From NCBI GenBank assembly GCA_973895155.1, contig OZ316897.1, positions 372,734-436,733 of the forward strand: a stretch of 64,000 nt of DNA. Reading direction: 5' to 3'. The notes under the pieces were generated by a model. The model made no database searches. It was not told the DNA's origin and saw nothing but the letters and a program-made list of their open reading frames with translations. This document shows positions 25,578 through 38,745 of the stretch, one piece after another (within the stretch, counting starts at the first letter, position 1; every line of letters begins with the position of its first letter). This DNA is from Marsupella aquatica. Taxonomy: Eukaryota > Plantae > Marchantiophyta. The translations under genes were made by a program, and so were the position numbers.

Positions 25578-28500
25578 ATGGCGCAGGAATATGAGAAGTC
25601 AGGAGAGCAAATTAGCACCATGAACCGGGAGCTCGAGACTCATGCGAGGAATCTCCAGGATAAATTCGGTGGAGCTGAGCATGCCTCGGTCCTGACCGCT
25701 GTAGTACCTGCAGATCATGGAGGCAAGAGTGCCGAGGTACGTACCAATCTAATCATGATTCAGTTTCGCATTTTGTGCACGTCTGTCTACGTCCATCACC
25801 GAGTCGTCTGGAATCCGCAGTCTTGTCTAACCTCCATCACCTACTAGTGAGGAGTTAGCTGCCCAGTCACTGTTGTCGACATGGGATGTGACGATCCGTG
25901 AACTTAATGATGTCCTCTGCAGTCGATTCCGCTTTGAGAAGCGGAGCATCTACTGTAATTTTGTTACAGTCGGATTCGACAATCGGCAAATCACTGCTTT
26001 TTGAAGCCGTCCGCATGTACTAAGTCATTTTGACGGAAGTACTGGTGTCAGAAGTTAGTAAGTGCCACTAATCACAACGGAATTCGAACGAGTTTTTGTA
26101 TATGACCCATCCATATCACCTTATACTTGGAGAGTATGCACCATCCTTCAGTAGGGGATGAGTGGTCGAAGCCATAATTCATGAATTTGTGCGAACTTAC
26201 ATCTAAGTCCAGGCACTATGGTGTCCGCATACTTATCATTTCAAAGAGTTGTTTCATTTGCCTAGCAGACAGGGGGGAAATTGTATGGGTTCAGGTTATG
26301 TTTTACTCCATTCAGTAAAAGCAGGAATATTTAAATGATGTTTCCTATTTCATCTAATATTCCCTGAATCGCGCGATCATCCGTCTGAGGCTTTATCGTA
26401 TACGATAGCGCACACTTCAGATTGAATTAATTGAATTTTCTGACTGGAGCAAGCTATGTTCGTTCATCCACAACGTATGTCACAGGTCATTCTTCACGGC
26501 GAACAAATTCATGGTTGTAAATTGTAGCTAACTTAATATACCATTACTTTAGTAACGTCCCTCCTGCAGTCCGCACAAGATTTTCAGCTGGATTTAACGT
26601 TTAGCTTCAATTCATTTGCAGCGAGTCAAATTTTTGGAATCTGAGAATGCCAAGCTGCAGCAAAAGCTTGCGGACTGTGAGGAGGCGCTTGATATAGCCA
26701 ATAAAGAGACGGACAAAGCAAACAAGACCGCTCATGCCGCACAGAGTAAGATTGTCGAGTTAGAAAAGGATTTGCAGGCAGCCGGCGCAAGGGCCGCTGA
26801 ACTTGAAATGGCATTGAAGAACGCAGACGAGAAGCTTGCTGCTCTGGAGGAAATGATAAGAAGTTACCAGGCCAAACTGAATGAGACGCAGCAGACTAAT
26901 GCGGAGGTTTGTCTACCTGACCTGTAGAAGCTCAGTCAATTTAGTTTTTTGCTTTAGATTATCAGCTCGATTTGATTAATTCGAAATTGAATTCGAGTTA
27001 AGTTTTAGATGTGGTGTCATTATAGCTACGTTGGGTGCCTTTCTTCAGATCGACCGAGATCTTCAAAGTGTGAAGACCAGTGTCCAGGAGAAGGACTCCC
27101 ACCTGCAAGGATACAGCGCGGAAATTGAGGAGAAGACTTCGAAACTCTCTGAGAAAGAATCTGCTCTGAAAGCAAAGGAGAAGAAAACTGGCGATCTCTC
27201 CAGCGAGGTATCAAGCTTTGTGTCTTTAGATGTGTACACTTTTCCAATGCAAACTTGAATCCTGAAGAAACTGTCATTGGACTGCGAGAAATTAGCTCCT
27301 AGATGGCGCTGAAGGAACTGAACATAAAATAGACTTGCGTTTCTGGCACACGTACTTCGCTCGTCAAGGGAAGTCGAGCGAAGATAATCTCACTGTCATA
27401 TTCATGCAAGTATCATAGTCCGTACCATGATTTTTATTGAGGCATTGACCATGTTCTATTTGTTTCTCAGGTGGAGCACTATAAATCTAGAGCTATTCCA
27501 GCAGAGCAGAAGGCTTCAGAAGTGGAGAATCTTGCCAGCGACAAAGAGAGTAGACTCTCTCAGCTACAAGAGGAAACTAAATACAAGGAAACGAATATTG
27601 TAGAAGTTCAGAAAAAGCTGGACAGCACCATTTCTGAAAAACAATCCCTCGAGAAAGTGCTATCGGAGGTACGTAAATTTCAATGTTGAAGAAACTGGAT
27701 TGTAAACGTAGGTGTGGGGATTTGACTATTATAAGCTGCAACCACTGTTCTTTTCTCTTCCGCAGTAGATTAAGAAACTTTGTAAGTAATGTTGGCGTTT
27801 GCTTATCATTACCGTCCGTTAGGTTGAATCTAATAGAATTCTGTCTGTTTGAACAGGAGAAATCAAAATCCGCATCTCTCGAACGGGAATTGGCGGATTT
27901 GAAGAAGAAATGGGATTCTAATGCAGGTCACTCTCGCGTCTTGGCCGAACGAATCTCTGAGCTCGAGAAAGTACTCAATGTGACCACGAAGGAGAAGGAT
28001 GAACACATTGTACGATCTTTGGCTAACTGAGTACCAGAAGACATTTCCCTGATCTTGTCATTTTTTTCCGGAATATCACAGGGCGAGAACATTTGACCCC
28101 TACGCTATGTTAATTATTCGAAATACATCTACTTTTCCACAATTTACGGAAAAACGCATCCGACGGAAAGATTGACGCATTGGACATGCTAATGCAGGCT
28201 ATTAGTGAGCAACAGGACCATGAGTTCGACTCCACCGTGAAGGAGAAAGAGAAGGTTCTGAGTGAGAAGGCTGCCGTGGAGAAAGAGAAGGAAAGTGAGA
28301 AGGGAGGATTGACATCCAAGCTTTTCGGATGGCAAAACAAAGCCAACGAAAAAGGAACTGAAGCGAAGAAGAAAGAGGAAGAACTTCAAGCCAAGGCATA
28401 CGAAGCAGATCAAAATGCAAATGAAGCTGCCAAGAAGGGAGATATAGTTGTAGACAGAGAGAAATTGGTGGCCGAGAAAGAAGAGTCATCCAAGTCTTTG

Positions 28501-29419
28501 CTAACCCAGGTAAAGTTTTGCACCGATTTCTTGCCAATGTTGTTGAATAACTTCTACTGTGATTTTATTCCGGCGGAAAGTATCAAATACTTCTCGTTTG
28601 TGGAACGTTTGAAACAATTATGAAAACTAGTTTAAAATTGTCTCCTGCATCCCAGTTGGAAGCTATGAAAGGAACGTATGAAGCAGTTAAGAAAACTGAT
28701 TAAAAAAATTGTCTTCCTGCATCCCAGTTGGAAGCTACGAAAGCTAAGGCCGAAGCTGGAGAGCGAGCTACAGATGCCCTTCAAGCTAGGGAAGCGGAGC
28801 TAGGAGACAAAGATCACGAAATAAAGCTTCACAGCGATAGAGTGGGAGATTTGAGCGAAAAATTGAAGGCTCTGAAAATTGAGCGTGATGAGGCTGTTCA
28901 CAAGCTTGGGAGCCTTTCGGTAAACCTTCGAAATGGACACCTTTGCATTATATTCGTATATGAGTTGATGTTGAAAGTAATCTAAGTAACATATTTGGCA
29001 TAGGCAATTGTTGAAGTTACTCTGAAGACGTCATATTTTGGCAAAGCTATTCGTACAAAATGGTGAGAAATTTGTGTGCAATTGAATCTAATCTGTACGC
29101 ATGCTTATATATGCAGGGGCTGGAAAGTAGCAACGCGGAGCTGAAAGAAAAGGTAAAGCAATTGGAGGTGAGAATTGAAGAGCTCGAGAAAGACAACGGT
29201 GGCTTACTGCTACAACTGGAGAAGGTGGGTGTGAAGGTGGAGGAGAGGAAGAAAGAAATCCACGGACAGCAAGCTAAGGCTCTCAAGAAGGCTGAGGAAG
29301 CTAACCGTTTGACGGAGGAAGTGAAACGGACGGAACAGGAGGTAGGGAAATCTGACACGGAGTTCGCGAGCTCCGTCAAGACCGAGGTCGAAGACACCAA
29401 AGAAGTCAGAAAGTTCTAG
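25578..29419 (+). CDS. Long coiled-coil, K/E-rich protein, ~586 aa; exons 25578-25736, 26622-26906, 27049-27207, 27471-27668, 27857-28009, 28198-28509, 28728-28919, 29117-29419
   Basis: Heptad-rich ORF segments joined by seven GT-AG introns, all phase 0, giving a continuous frame. No recognisable globular domain. Confidence 0.8.
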
Positions 29420-31680
29420 AGTGCCTCTGTGCATTGCAACATGCACGTCAAGGCTGTTTCATTTTCAACACTTCGTTCCAAACGTCATGTTACCAGCTGT
29501 AGTATACGACCATCTATAAATCTACCAGCCACCGAGTGACCTTAATCTCTGCGGGTTCAATGAAACCAATCATGGTGGTGACGACTCTGTTTGCCAGTAT
29601 CACGCCATCCGATCACAATGTCAGGAGACTTGAACAGGGTCTAGAACTCGTGTAAAAGTTACACTCGTGAACATTTTACTGCAAGAGTTTGATCTCTACG
29701 TGAACGATGGTTTTGCCTGTACAAAATAGTCTTTGGAGACTTCGGAAGATTTGTGTAATCGAATTTAAGGGCAGTAGCTTTAAATTATTTTTCTGTGGAT
29801 AGTTGGTTAAAATATTCTATGTATGTACACGTATTTTTCAATAAATGCAAAATTACAGATTACCTGATTTGTCAAGTCTCATGACCTGACTTTGTCATCA
29901 AAGTTGGTTTTGAATACGAAGAGTCCTGTTTTTGGTTCTTGAATTTTCACTACCATGATAAATCGGTTGCATGCATGTTCTTACTCTAAAACAAAGTTAC
30001 CTGCTGTGGCATAGACACTTTTCGTCACCTGAATCATTTCCATTTTCTAGTTATCCTAATTACAATGTTCGAAGAAATTCTTCGTCACGTTATTTACATC
30101 AGCGGCTAGTTTTGTGTACAATGTACCTTGAGTTTGATGTATTTTCTGCATTTGTTTGTCCCCTTAAATGACAGTTCTATTAGCTCAAACTCGTATTGTT
30201 ACGATCAGCTGTCCGCCACGAACCTTGAAAATTCTCCTGTCTCCTTGTTACTGATCAGCTGTTTGCTACGAACATTGCAAATTCTCCTGTCTCCTATTAT
30301 GTTTTGTTGTTGAGCATACGTTCAAACAATGTTTTTTGCCTTCTCCTTCAATTTTCTGCTTCTGTTTTGATCCTAGGCATATCATTGGTAGCGTTCTTGC
30401 TATACTATCTCTTGCACAATATTTATTCTTGCTTGTGCCATGAAATTGCATCGGAAGGTATGCTGCACACTACCGCACAGCTTGCTCCAGCTCAAATAAT
30501 TATATAGAGTAAAAATAGATTCTCCATAAGGCGATAGCTTTCGTCAATTACATTCGAGTTACAAACAACAATGACATGCTGCTAATTCGAACTCCAGTAA
30601 CTCGAAATACGTGTGCCATGAATTGGTCTTGGAAGGCATTCTACCTGAGTTTACACTACTGCACAAAATACTTCAGCTCGCCTAGAAGACCTGTGCCATG
30701 AATTGGTCTATGAAGGCATTCTACCTGAGTTTACACTACTGCACAAAATGCTTCAGCTCGCCTAGAAGTTCAGTCTACACAGCATCCGTGGGCCCTCTTT
30801 CATTTACATTTACGGAGCTGTGCAGTATAAACATAGACATTTACATGACGTACACAGAACATAGGCAGGTGCATCGTGGCCTTGCTTTTCCAATTCCCAT
30901 TGTAGTGCGTCGATATTAATATGCTACAAAAAGGATCTCAAAATGAGGTCCATGCGAATGTTCTAAACTCTCATGGACCTGCGGTAGACGGACTCTGCAA
31001 AGGCGGTAATCAGGAAGGAGACGCAAAGAAAAATCCAAATTTATGAATGAAGCAACAAAATGAATGATAATCGCTAAGAAAAATTCATTCACAAATTTAG
31101 AGTGCTGAACTTCTTATCTTGCTCTCCCTTGTGCAATATTCGATACCGGACACAAGGAAAGGATATGCCTGAATTACAGGGGAAATGCACTCAATCCCGT
31201 GCCTGAAGAAAGCAGTTTTCGATTAATTGCTTCAGCTTGTCGCAGACTTGAAGAGCTTGCAAATAGCTTGCACAAAACATCCTAAATTTAATGGTCCATG
31301 ATGCTCAGTCTCTTGTACCAGTCAAATGTGAGGAAGTAACACTTTTTTCGTATACACCGCCTACGGAAAAAATCCACCGTGACAAAATTCAAAGAGGATA
31401 GCCTTGAGGACGACAGATTAAGCCACTACTAGACGGACGGGATGTTAGCTTACTCTACTCATACCATGCAAAGCTTCATATTGTACTCTCGTTCTCGAAG
31501 GAATCGGCAAAATGACCCTAGCTAACAAAGGCCTCAAAATCTTCTTTCCGTGAACAGTGGCTAATGCCGAAATTTCATTCACTTGGAAGAGAAAATTGAT
31601 ATCAAAACATATACTAGCAGCACAGCATATTTTAACTATCCTCATCCGTTTGTCAGCAACAGATGCAGCGGTCACTGGGC

Positions 31681-32892
31681 TCAGGTGGTACCAAGGTTGC
31701 ATCGAAGCACACCGTTGATCTTGCCTCTGCAAGTGGGGCATTCTGCGTTCCGCTGTTGATGCTTTTGCAGGCATTCATTGCAGTACTGGAAGTGCATACA
31801 AGGCAAAACTACTGCGTCTCGGGGAGTGTTGAAGCAAATCTGGCAAGAACTTTTATCCCGCTCCTTAGCAAGCTCGTCTGTCAGAGCAGCAATGGCGGCG
31901 ACCTCTCTTTCGGCATGCAGCCTTTGCGCGTCTTTAGTGCTGTCCAGCATGCCAACATAATCTTTCTTCAGTCTGTCTCTCTCACGTTTGATGCGCAATT
32001 TCTCGGACTGGACGATCTGGTTCTTCCGTTTGAGCTTGCTGATTTCATCGCGTAGCTTTTGTTGCTTAGCCACTGCGGTTGCCTCATATTTAGTCTTCTC
32101 CGCATGGACTCCCTGCAACTTTCTTTCTTTCAAGGTCTGGACCATATGCCCCACGTCGTAGATAACACCCTCGACGCCCGTGACTATCTCTCGAAGCGCC
32201 TCCAGAGTTTGGTCGTCAAGTTCGGCTCTATCGTTCTTCATTACGAGTTTTGGGCAGACCCCGCTTATGTTGCCGACGGCAACCTTTTGGTCCGTCTCAC
32301 TCTTCATGGTCTTGTTGTTGGAAGATCTTACGCTGAATTGACTGACCTTTCGACATTCGCGTTTGTACCTTGTGCGAGTATTTCCCACGCTCTCCATGTT
32401 GTCAAGGGGAACTGAAACCCAGCCTTTACTTGTTTCTTTGCTCATTCCATGATCCCCATGTTCCCATTCCTCTTTGCCACAAACGTCTCCAACCACTTCC
32501 TGACCTCGGCTCGGCAAATTCAAGTTCGAACATGTCCTCGCCTCTGAAGGGGTCTTCTGCGCCACCTTTTGTTCCGCAAGTCCAGCTGCTGGTGTCTCAC
32601 GCTGCCTCTTTCCTTCTCTGGTGGTGTGATTGACGATGCCGGTGGGTTCTTCTCCGTCACATTTATCCTCGGTGGAGCCGACCTTCTCCTTGGTCGACGA
32701 ATTCTCGAGCAGTTTGCAATTCGGATCAGGCTTGGAACCTGCTGAAGCTTGGGAGTTCAATCGAGAGCTTCTGCGCGTGATCGTTCGTGTCTTGTCCTTC
32801 TCGGGAGCATTGAATGGAGGGGCCCAATTCACGGACTTGCGCGATCCACGGCACGGAAGTGGTGGACAGTCGAGAACTTCAGCTTTCTTCAT
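31681..32892 (-). CDS. Coiled-coil + C-terminal C3HC4 RING (IAP/BOI-like) putative E3 ubiquitin ligase
   Basis: CQICFNTPRDAVVLPCMHFQYCNECLQKHQQRNAECPTCRGKI, preceded by a coiled coil and a disordered N-terminus. First in-frame ATG at 32892; the start is uncertain. Confidence 0.85.
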   Translation of the reverse strand: MKKAEVLDCPPLPCRGSRKSVNWAPPFNAPEKDKTRTITRRSSRLNSQASAGSKPDPNCKLLENSSTKEKVGSTEDKCDGEEPTGIVNHTTREGKRQRETPAAGLAEQKVAQKTPSEARTCSNLNLPSRGQEVVGDVCGKEEWEHGDHGMSKETSKGWVSVPLDNMESVGNTRTRYKRECRKVSQFSVRSSNNKTMKSETDQKVAVGNISGVCPKLVMKNDRAELDDQTLEALREIVTGVEGVIYDVGHMVQTLKERKLQGVHAEKTKYEATAVAKQQKLRDEISKLKRKNQIVQSEKLRIKRERDRLKKDYVGMLDSTKDAQRLHAEREVAAIAALTDELAKERDKSSCQICFNTPRDAVVLPCMHFQYCNECLQKHQQRNAECPTCRGKINGVLRCNLGTT

Positions 32893-35268
32893 TCCGTGAG
32901 ACGCCAATTGCGAGGCTCAGCGAAATCGAGTCCTACGGACGGGAATCAAAAGCGTAAAAGAATTCTTCAGCGATTACCTCGAATCTTGCTGCGATACCTT
33001 GCTGGTGGCAGGTTGTATTGACTCCTTCCGATAATGTAGTGAAATGCGAACGAGGCTCGCTGCCTGACCGTCCTTCCTCAAATCAGAAAGCTGCGCTCGA
33101 GCTTTCGGCTTGATCTTACGAACAAAATCTACGAACGGTGCCTCAGATTATTAAAGTACCATATTCACACGACCAAACACTTGGGGACTGGAATCAATAG
33201 ACACAGATTCGATGCTCGCATTCCTCTTGAGAAGGTAACCATTGAACGGCAACTCGGAGGATCCTCGCATTGGGAAAAGTCGTTTCATCAAAATCAAAAC
33301 TTTGATGGATGCGAAAGCACTCATGAAAACGATGAAACATCACTGCACCCCAGGCCAGTAGTAGGCCGTGATGAAGTGGACCGTAAGAGAGAATCGTGAC
33401 TCATAAACAAGATGAGGAGAGCACGAGAGATTCGTCCGTCAATGCTAACTCCTAACTATTCTAGACATGTTACCTCACGGAATAGAACGGGTATGTTCTT
33501 CACTGCAGAGTGCAGATAATGCTGTATAACCGGACTACCGACTACAGGATTTGGGGAATCTAGAGCAATCGAGACCAATTCACTACGCAGCAATTCGTCG
33601 GAAACAACATCGGCACGATCTTCATCCAGGACAAAGATTGCCAGGCACCTGGAAGAAATCTCCGCATTCGAGAGCAGTAAGCAGACAACGGTTATGATGA
33701 ATCGGAAGTCTTAAATGCTATCGCCGCAATTCTTGTATTAATTGGGAAAAAAGTACATGTACTGAGTGTCTCATTAAGACCGTCATCTATAACCTTCATT
33801 CAGTTCATTGAACCAGTATCACAGTATGTGATTCCCTGATTCGGGTCTAGTCGAGAGTTGTTATGACATTGAGCTTTAATTATTTCTCTAACTACTTTTC
33901 TATCAATTGGAGTCTACAAAAAGGCAAAACCGTAAACCCTGTGCGCCTCAATTTGTTTATGTTCCTATGAGGTACTGTAGTCCTGTATAAGGGATAATTA
34001 TACGATAACTTTGTTTCGAATTCTGATTTAATACAGGGCAAATAACATACCGTGCACTGGGTTTTCATCGAGCGTGGCTGCGTTGTCAATTTGGGTCTCC
34101 TCCAAACAACATAGGACAGTTTGTTGTCAACTAAGTCGAGAAAGTGAGTGAGAGCATCCTTTACTTCTTGTTCACCTGCAACCCATCTGAAACTCCTCAA
34201 TGACTTGGAGAGGGGTCCATGCCCCAAGTCTTCCTCATGAAAATTCTGGTCCCAGTTGAATTGAAAGTGGGATAGAAGAGGTGACCCATCAATCCAAGTT
34301 GGAACAATTCATACTGTGCTATATCACTACAAAATAACCAAGCAGGACGAACGTACACGCTGCCTATATAAAACAATATTCACTAAATATCACCAGGTAT
34401 AGAAGGCTGTGATTCTCCTTAGTACAAAGTCTTCATTTCTGCTGGATTTATTTGCTTTCCAAAACTCCTAGTGAGGGGGGCCATTGGTTTTACTAAGATG
34501 TGCTCTTCATCCACTAGTACATTTTTGCAGTTTTTCCGATGCTCCGGCCGCGGCCTAAAAGAGGTGTCCCATGTCCTTTCTATCGGACATGTCCGATATT
34601 TTAAGAAACGGTTTGTCCGATATAATAAGCTTCGGAAACTACCATTCCGATTTTAATAATATCGGACCACGTTACCCATACAAAATACATCGGACAATTA
34701 CCGATGACGACGAAGTCGGACTTAGGTTCAAAATGTTCTATGGAGGTGTCCGATACCCATTAGATGGCATCCTAGATCCGATACAAAACATATCGGAAAT
34801 ATTCCGATGGTTATAAAATGGCATCACCCTTCCGAAGGTGGTCCGATGGCTGAGGTATGGCAGTGCATATCCGACACAAGAAAGATGGGAAATAGGTCTG
34901 ATGTGGTTAGTATGGCAAATGTGGTCCGATGCGGTGAATATCGGATAGACAGGGTTTTTGGTTTTTTGAATGTTTTAGGTGAAGGTTTGATGGTTTCGGT
35001 TATTTGAAACATGGGAAAGGGTATGGGAAAGATGGGAAATTTTCAGTATGCATGCATGGAGGATTTCCATCTGATCAAAGGACTTGAGTGAACAATATAT
35101 CATTCATTCAAGAAATTCATATTTGAAGCTTGCATGCATGTTAATCTTTTGAGGTACATATATGTGTGGAGTAATTGTTATAATAGGTAGAACCAGATAT
35201 ATATATGATTCATTAATGCCGATAGAAGGAAAACATAGAGGGGTTTTACCTACCTAGGGTTGCATGTA

Positions 35269-38200
35269 CTATAGAGAGGGGTCCAAATCCTCCACTATGA
35301 CTACATTTGGTTGATCCTGAACGGTGGATCGCGAGCGAGGGATGTAAGGCATGACAATGGACCACTCTGGGTCATCCGGATAGGGAAGATAAAATGCTTG
35401 CTCCAAATGATGGGGAAATGCAAATGGATCTGACGTTCTCCAACTGGAACTAACAACACTACGTGCACTTGTCTTCAACCGTGTGAAACCACAAGCATCC
35501 TCTTCACTAGTCCGGTTGTGGCCGACTAGATTCATTCGAAACCACTTGCACTTCAACACCACCTCCTCCAAGGTTGTATGTTGTTGATACTTGATGACCG
35601 TAAGAATCTCCTCAATTTTCCCATAGTGTGCCACAGTACTACGTATGGGATTTCTATCAGATGTGCTACTCTGTGAATCTTGGATGAATCACCCCATCAC
35701 CCCACAATCTTGTGTTGCTGCCCTCTTCATATCAAGATATATGTTCAACTTGGAAATGCCTCCCCTTTGACCACATGGCTGTTCGAGTTGTGACTGTAAG
35801 TAATGGACCATGAACCAAGGTGCGCATGTCATCGGTGGCCTCTGGGAAGTGCAAAACACTATCACCCCGACCCAACAAGGCATCAATCTCTGCCAACTTC
35901 TCCTTCATATATGGGAGAAACTTTGGGAAGAGGCGTGGCCGTCGACTATTCTGCTTCTCCTCCTCATAATAGGTACTCCACTCCCCTGCAATCTCTGGAG
36001 AGTTATACAACATGAATGTGGTGAGCTGGAGGCGCTCAGCAGACCCTAGTAGTCGTTCTCCCTTTGCTCTTGTGAGTCTATCATCCTCATAGTCTGCCTC
36101 TCGTGCTGCTTCATCTGTCCATCCCCTTGGAGCATTTGGATCAAGTGTAGCCACAATATTCGTACAATAGAACATACTTTCTGCTCCAAGGTGACGCTCA
36201 GCAATGCTACCTTCCACCCTAGCACGGTTTGACACATACCCCTTCATGACTCCCATGTACCGCTCTATCCAATACATCCAATGACAATGTACAGGGCCTG
36301 CAATTGCCACTTCACGCACTAGATGTATGAGAAAATGAACTTGACCATCAAAGAAGGAAGGAGGGAGTGCTCGCTCCAACTTGCACACTACCTCCACTCC
36401 AAACACCTCCATGGCAGCAATCTCATCCTCATTCACCTCCTTTTGACACACCCATCTCAACAACCTACCCAATGACCAAAGGGCATCCCAAAGATCCTCG
36501 CTACCCAATCCAATAATAGCAACTGGAATAACATGCTGCAAAAGGCGATGGTAATCATGGGTCTTCAAGAAAGCTGGCCACTTTGGAGAGTCATCTCCAC
36601 CAAATGCCTTGCGTAGATTGACACCATACCCTGTAGGAAACCGCATTGACCCTATACGTTTGCGAAACTCTGTCCGCTCATTCCTCGTCAAAACCCATGG
36701 GGGATGGATAGTAAGGGGATGATCAGGATCATCCATAGATGGCCAAAAACCATGAAGTCCATGCATCCCCATCTCCTCACAACTCTCTGAGCTCCAGTTG
36801 CTATTTTTCTCCCCATATAGATGTCGGATCAATGACCTCCCAACATTTCCCTCAATATGCATAGGGTCCAATAGATGGTTAATGGGCATGTGGCCCCAAT
36901 ATGGAAGTTGTGATAGTGCTGACAAACGGGTCATTCCGCATCTAGCCAAGGGTAATGGGTCATCTGGGTCAGTGACCCTCTCCCATACCTCCTTCCAATA
37001 TGCTGGGTCTTTTTGTTGAGGTTGAGGACGTGTATCTGGTTGACCCAACTCTGTGTCATACAAAAATGGATCATACCTCCATTCATGCTCTTCTGGAAGA
37101 TACTTTGTGTGACCAATGTAAACAATCTTCCGTAGGGTGGTAGACTTTGGGCGCGCCACTCCCTCCAAATCGGGACCACAAGTCGGACAAGCTCGGTATC
37201 CAGAAGTTTGCAAGCCAGGAACATATCCAAACCCTTGAACAAGAATGGTAACAAAACACCACAAATGTTTCAAAGTAAGTTCATTTTCAGAAGCAACGTA
37301 CCTAGGGGACAAATCCTATTTAAAATTGAGCATACATTTACAGATAGACCATGCAATGCAAAGCCATATGTACGTAATTTAATTTAAAGGAAGTGCCACA
37401 AATCCATATTCATACTTGGAAGATCATGCATGGTCCACATAAGAATGGCCTTCAACTTAAACTGACGGGGTAAGCCCCCCGTATGCACTCGGCCATCATA
37501 GCAATCCACTCCTCTCCATAGCTCTTTTAGCTCCTCAATCAATGGCTGCAAGTATACATCAATCTTCTTCACTTGCTTAGGACCAGGGATAATCATGGAC
37601 AGGATCAAATGACCCTTCTTCATGGCCATCCATGGTGGGATGTTGTAGTTAGTGAGGACTACTGGCCATACTGAGTATGGTTAGGCCTTGCCAGCCATTG
37701 CAAAAGGGCTTATATCATCTGACGCCAAACCAAGGCGAACGTGACGAGGATCAGTCTTGAAATCACCTCAACAATCCTCCACAAATTTGTTTGCAGGGGA
37801 GTCAACCATCATGCGCATGATAGGTGGATCCAAACTCATGTCTGAACAATGTTGGGAATGCCATACCATATACTTAGCCAACTCTGCACATCGAAACTGG
37901 TGACGCAAACAAGGAATAAGGGGAAAGTACCTCATAACCTTTTGAGGTACTTTTCCAGTCAACATATCCTCACGATATCTTGGGGCGTTGCAGGTGGGAC
38001 ATGTCACTGCATCCTTGTGCTCTTTCCTGAACAAAACACAATCATTCACACAAGCATGTATGACTTCATACTTGAGTCCTATGAACTTCAACACTTTCTT
38101 TGCCTCTTTCCACGATGCTGGCAAGTTGTTCCCTTCTGGCAACATACCCTCATGCAATGTCCTGAAAATATCATCAAGGAGCAAGTTGCTTGCTCCATGT

Positions 38201-38586
38201 CTTTGCTGCAAGTTCAGTAATAACATGATTGCCGAAAGTCAAGATAATCTGGACCCCTCAAATATGTGAGTTCGTGCATGATCCCGAGCCTCCTCCCACT
38301 GTTGGGAATGTGATTCCCGTGGAGGAATGTGACCAGAAGGAGGAGGTAAGTCAATGTCCTCCCAATCACCCATGTCATGATCACCTTCCCCTACATCCAT
38401 GAACTGGTGCATCAATTCATCCATAGCCTGCTCCTCATGCACTCTTTCTTGGGGAGCATTAGGTACTTCATGTGGAATATTTGCACCCTCAAAACCTTGA
38501 CCCCCTTCCTGACCATGCATGGCCTCACGGAGATGTTGTCGCATAGCTCGTGATAGTACCTCAACATCTGGTTGAGCAAATGTATT
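35269..38586 (-). pseudogene. tnpD: CACTA transposase TnpD (Transposase_21 + DUF4218/DUF4216-type regions), disrupted
   Basis: IHACVNDCVLF..CPTC, RYFPLIP, RHVRLGLASD, IPGPKQ..IDVYLQPLIEEL, HDLP, RACPTC, LDPMHIEGN, KTHDYH, GPVHCHWMYWIERYM, YGKIEEI, KCKWF. Intron 37415-37234. Stops at 38239, 37768, 37681 and 35689; 4-bp frameshift at ~35738. Confidence 0.93.
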
Positions 38587-38745
38587 CTATACATAGAACA
38601 ACAATATTGATATTAGGCCATGGTGGTTAATTAACTTAGTCAATTATTACAGATCCATGTCTTTCTGACCAATAACACATGAAAGTCTAACTATGTCAAA
38701 TTTTATATATATACAAAATTGGATGTACATGTATGCATATATGTG

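Noticed and set aside
33892-34511. Host gene interrupted by the CACTA insertion
   Set aside because: Joining the flanks gives only a short open frame with no recognisable homology.
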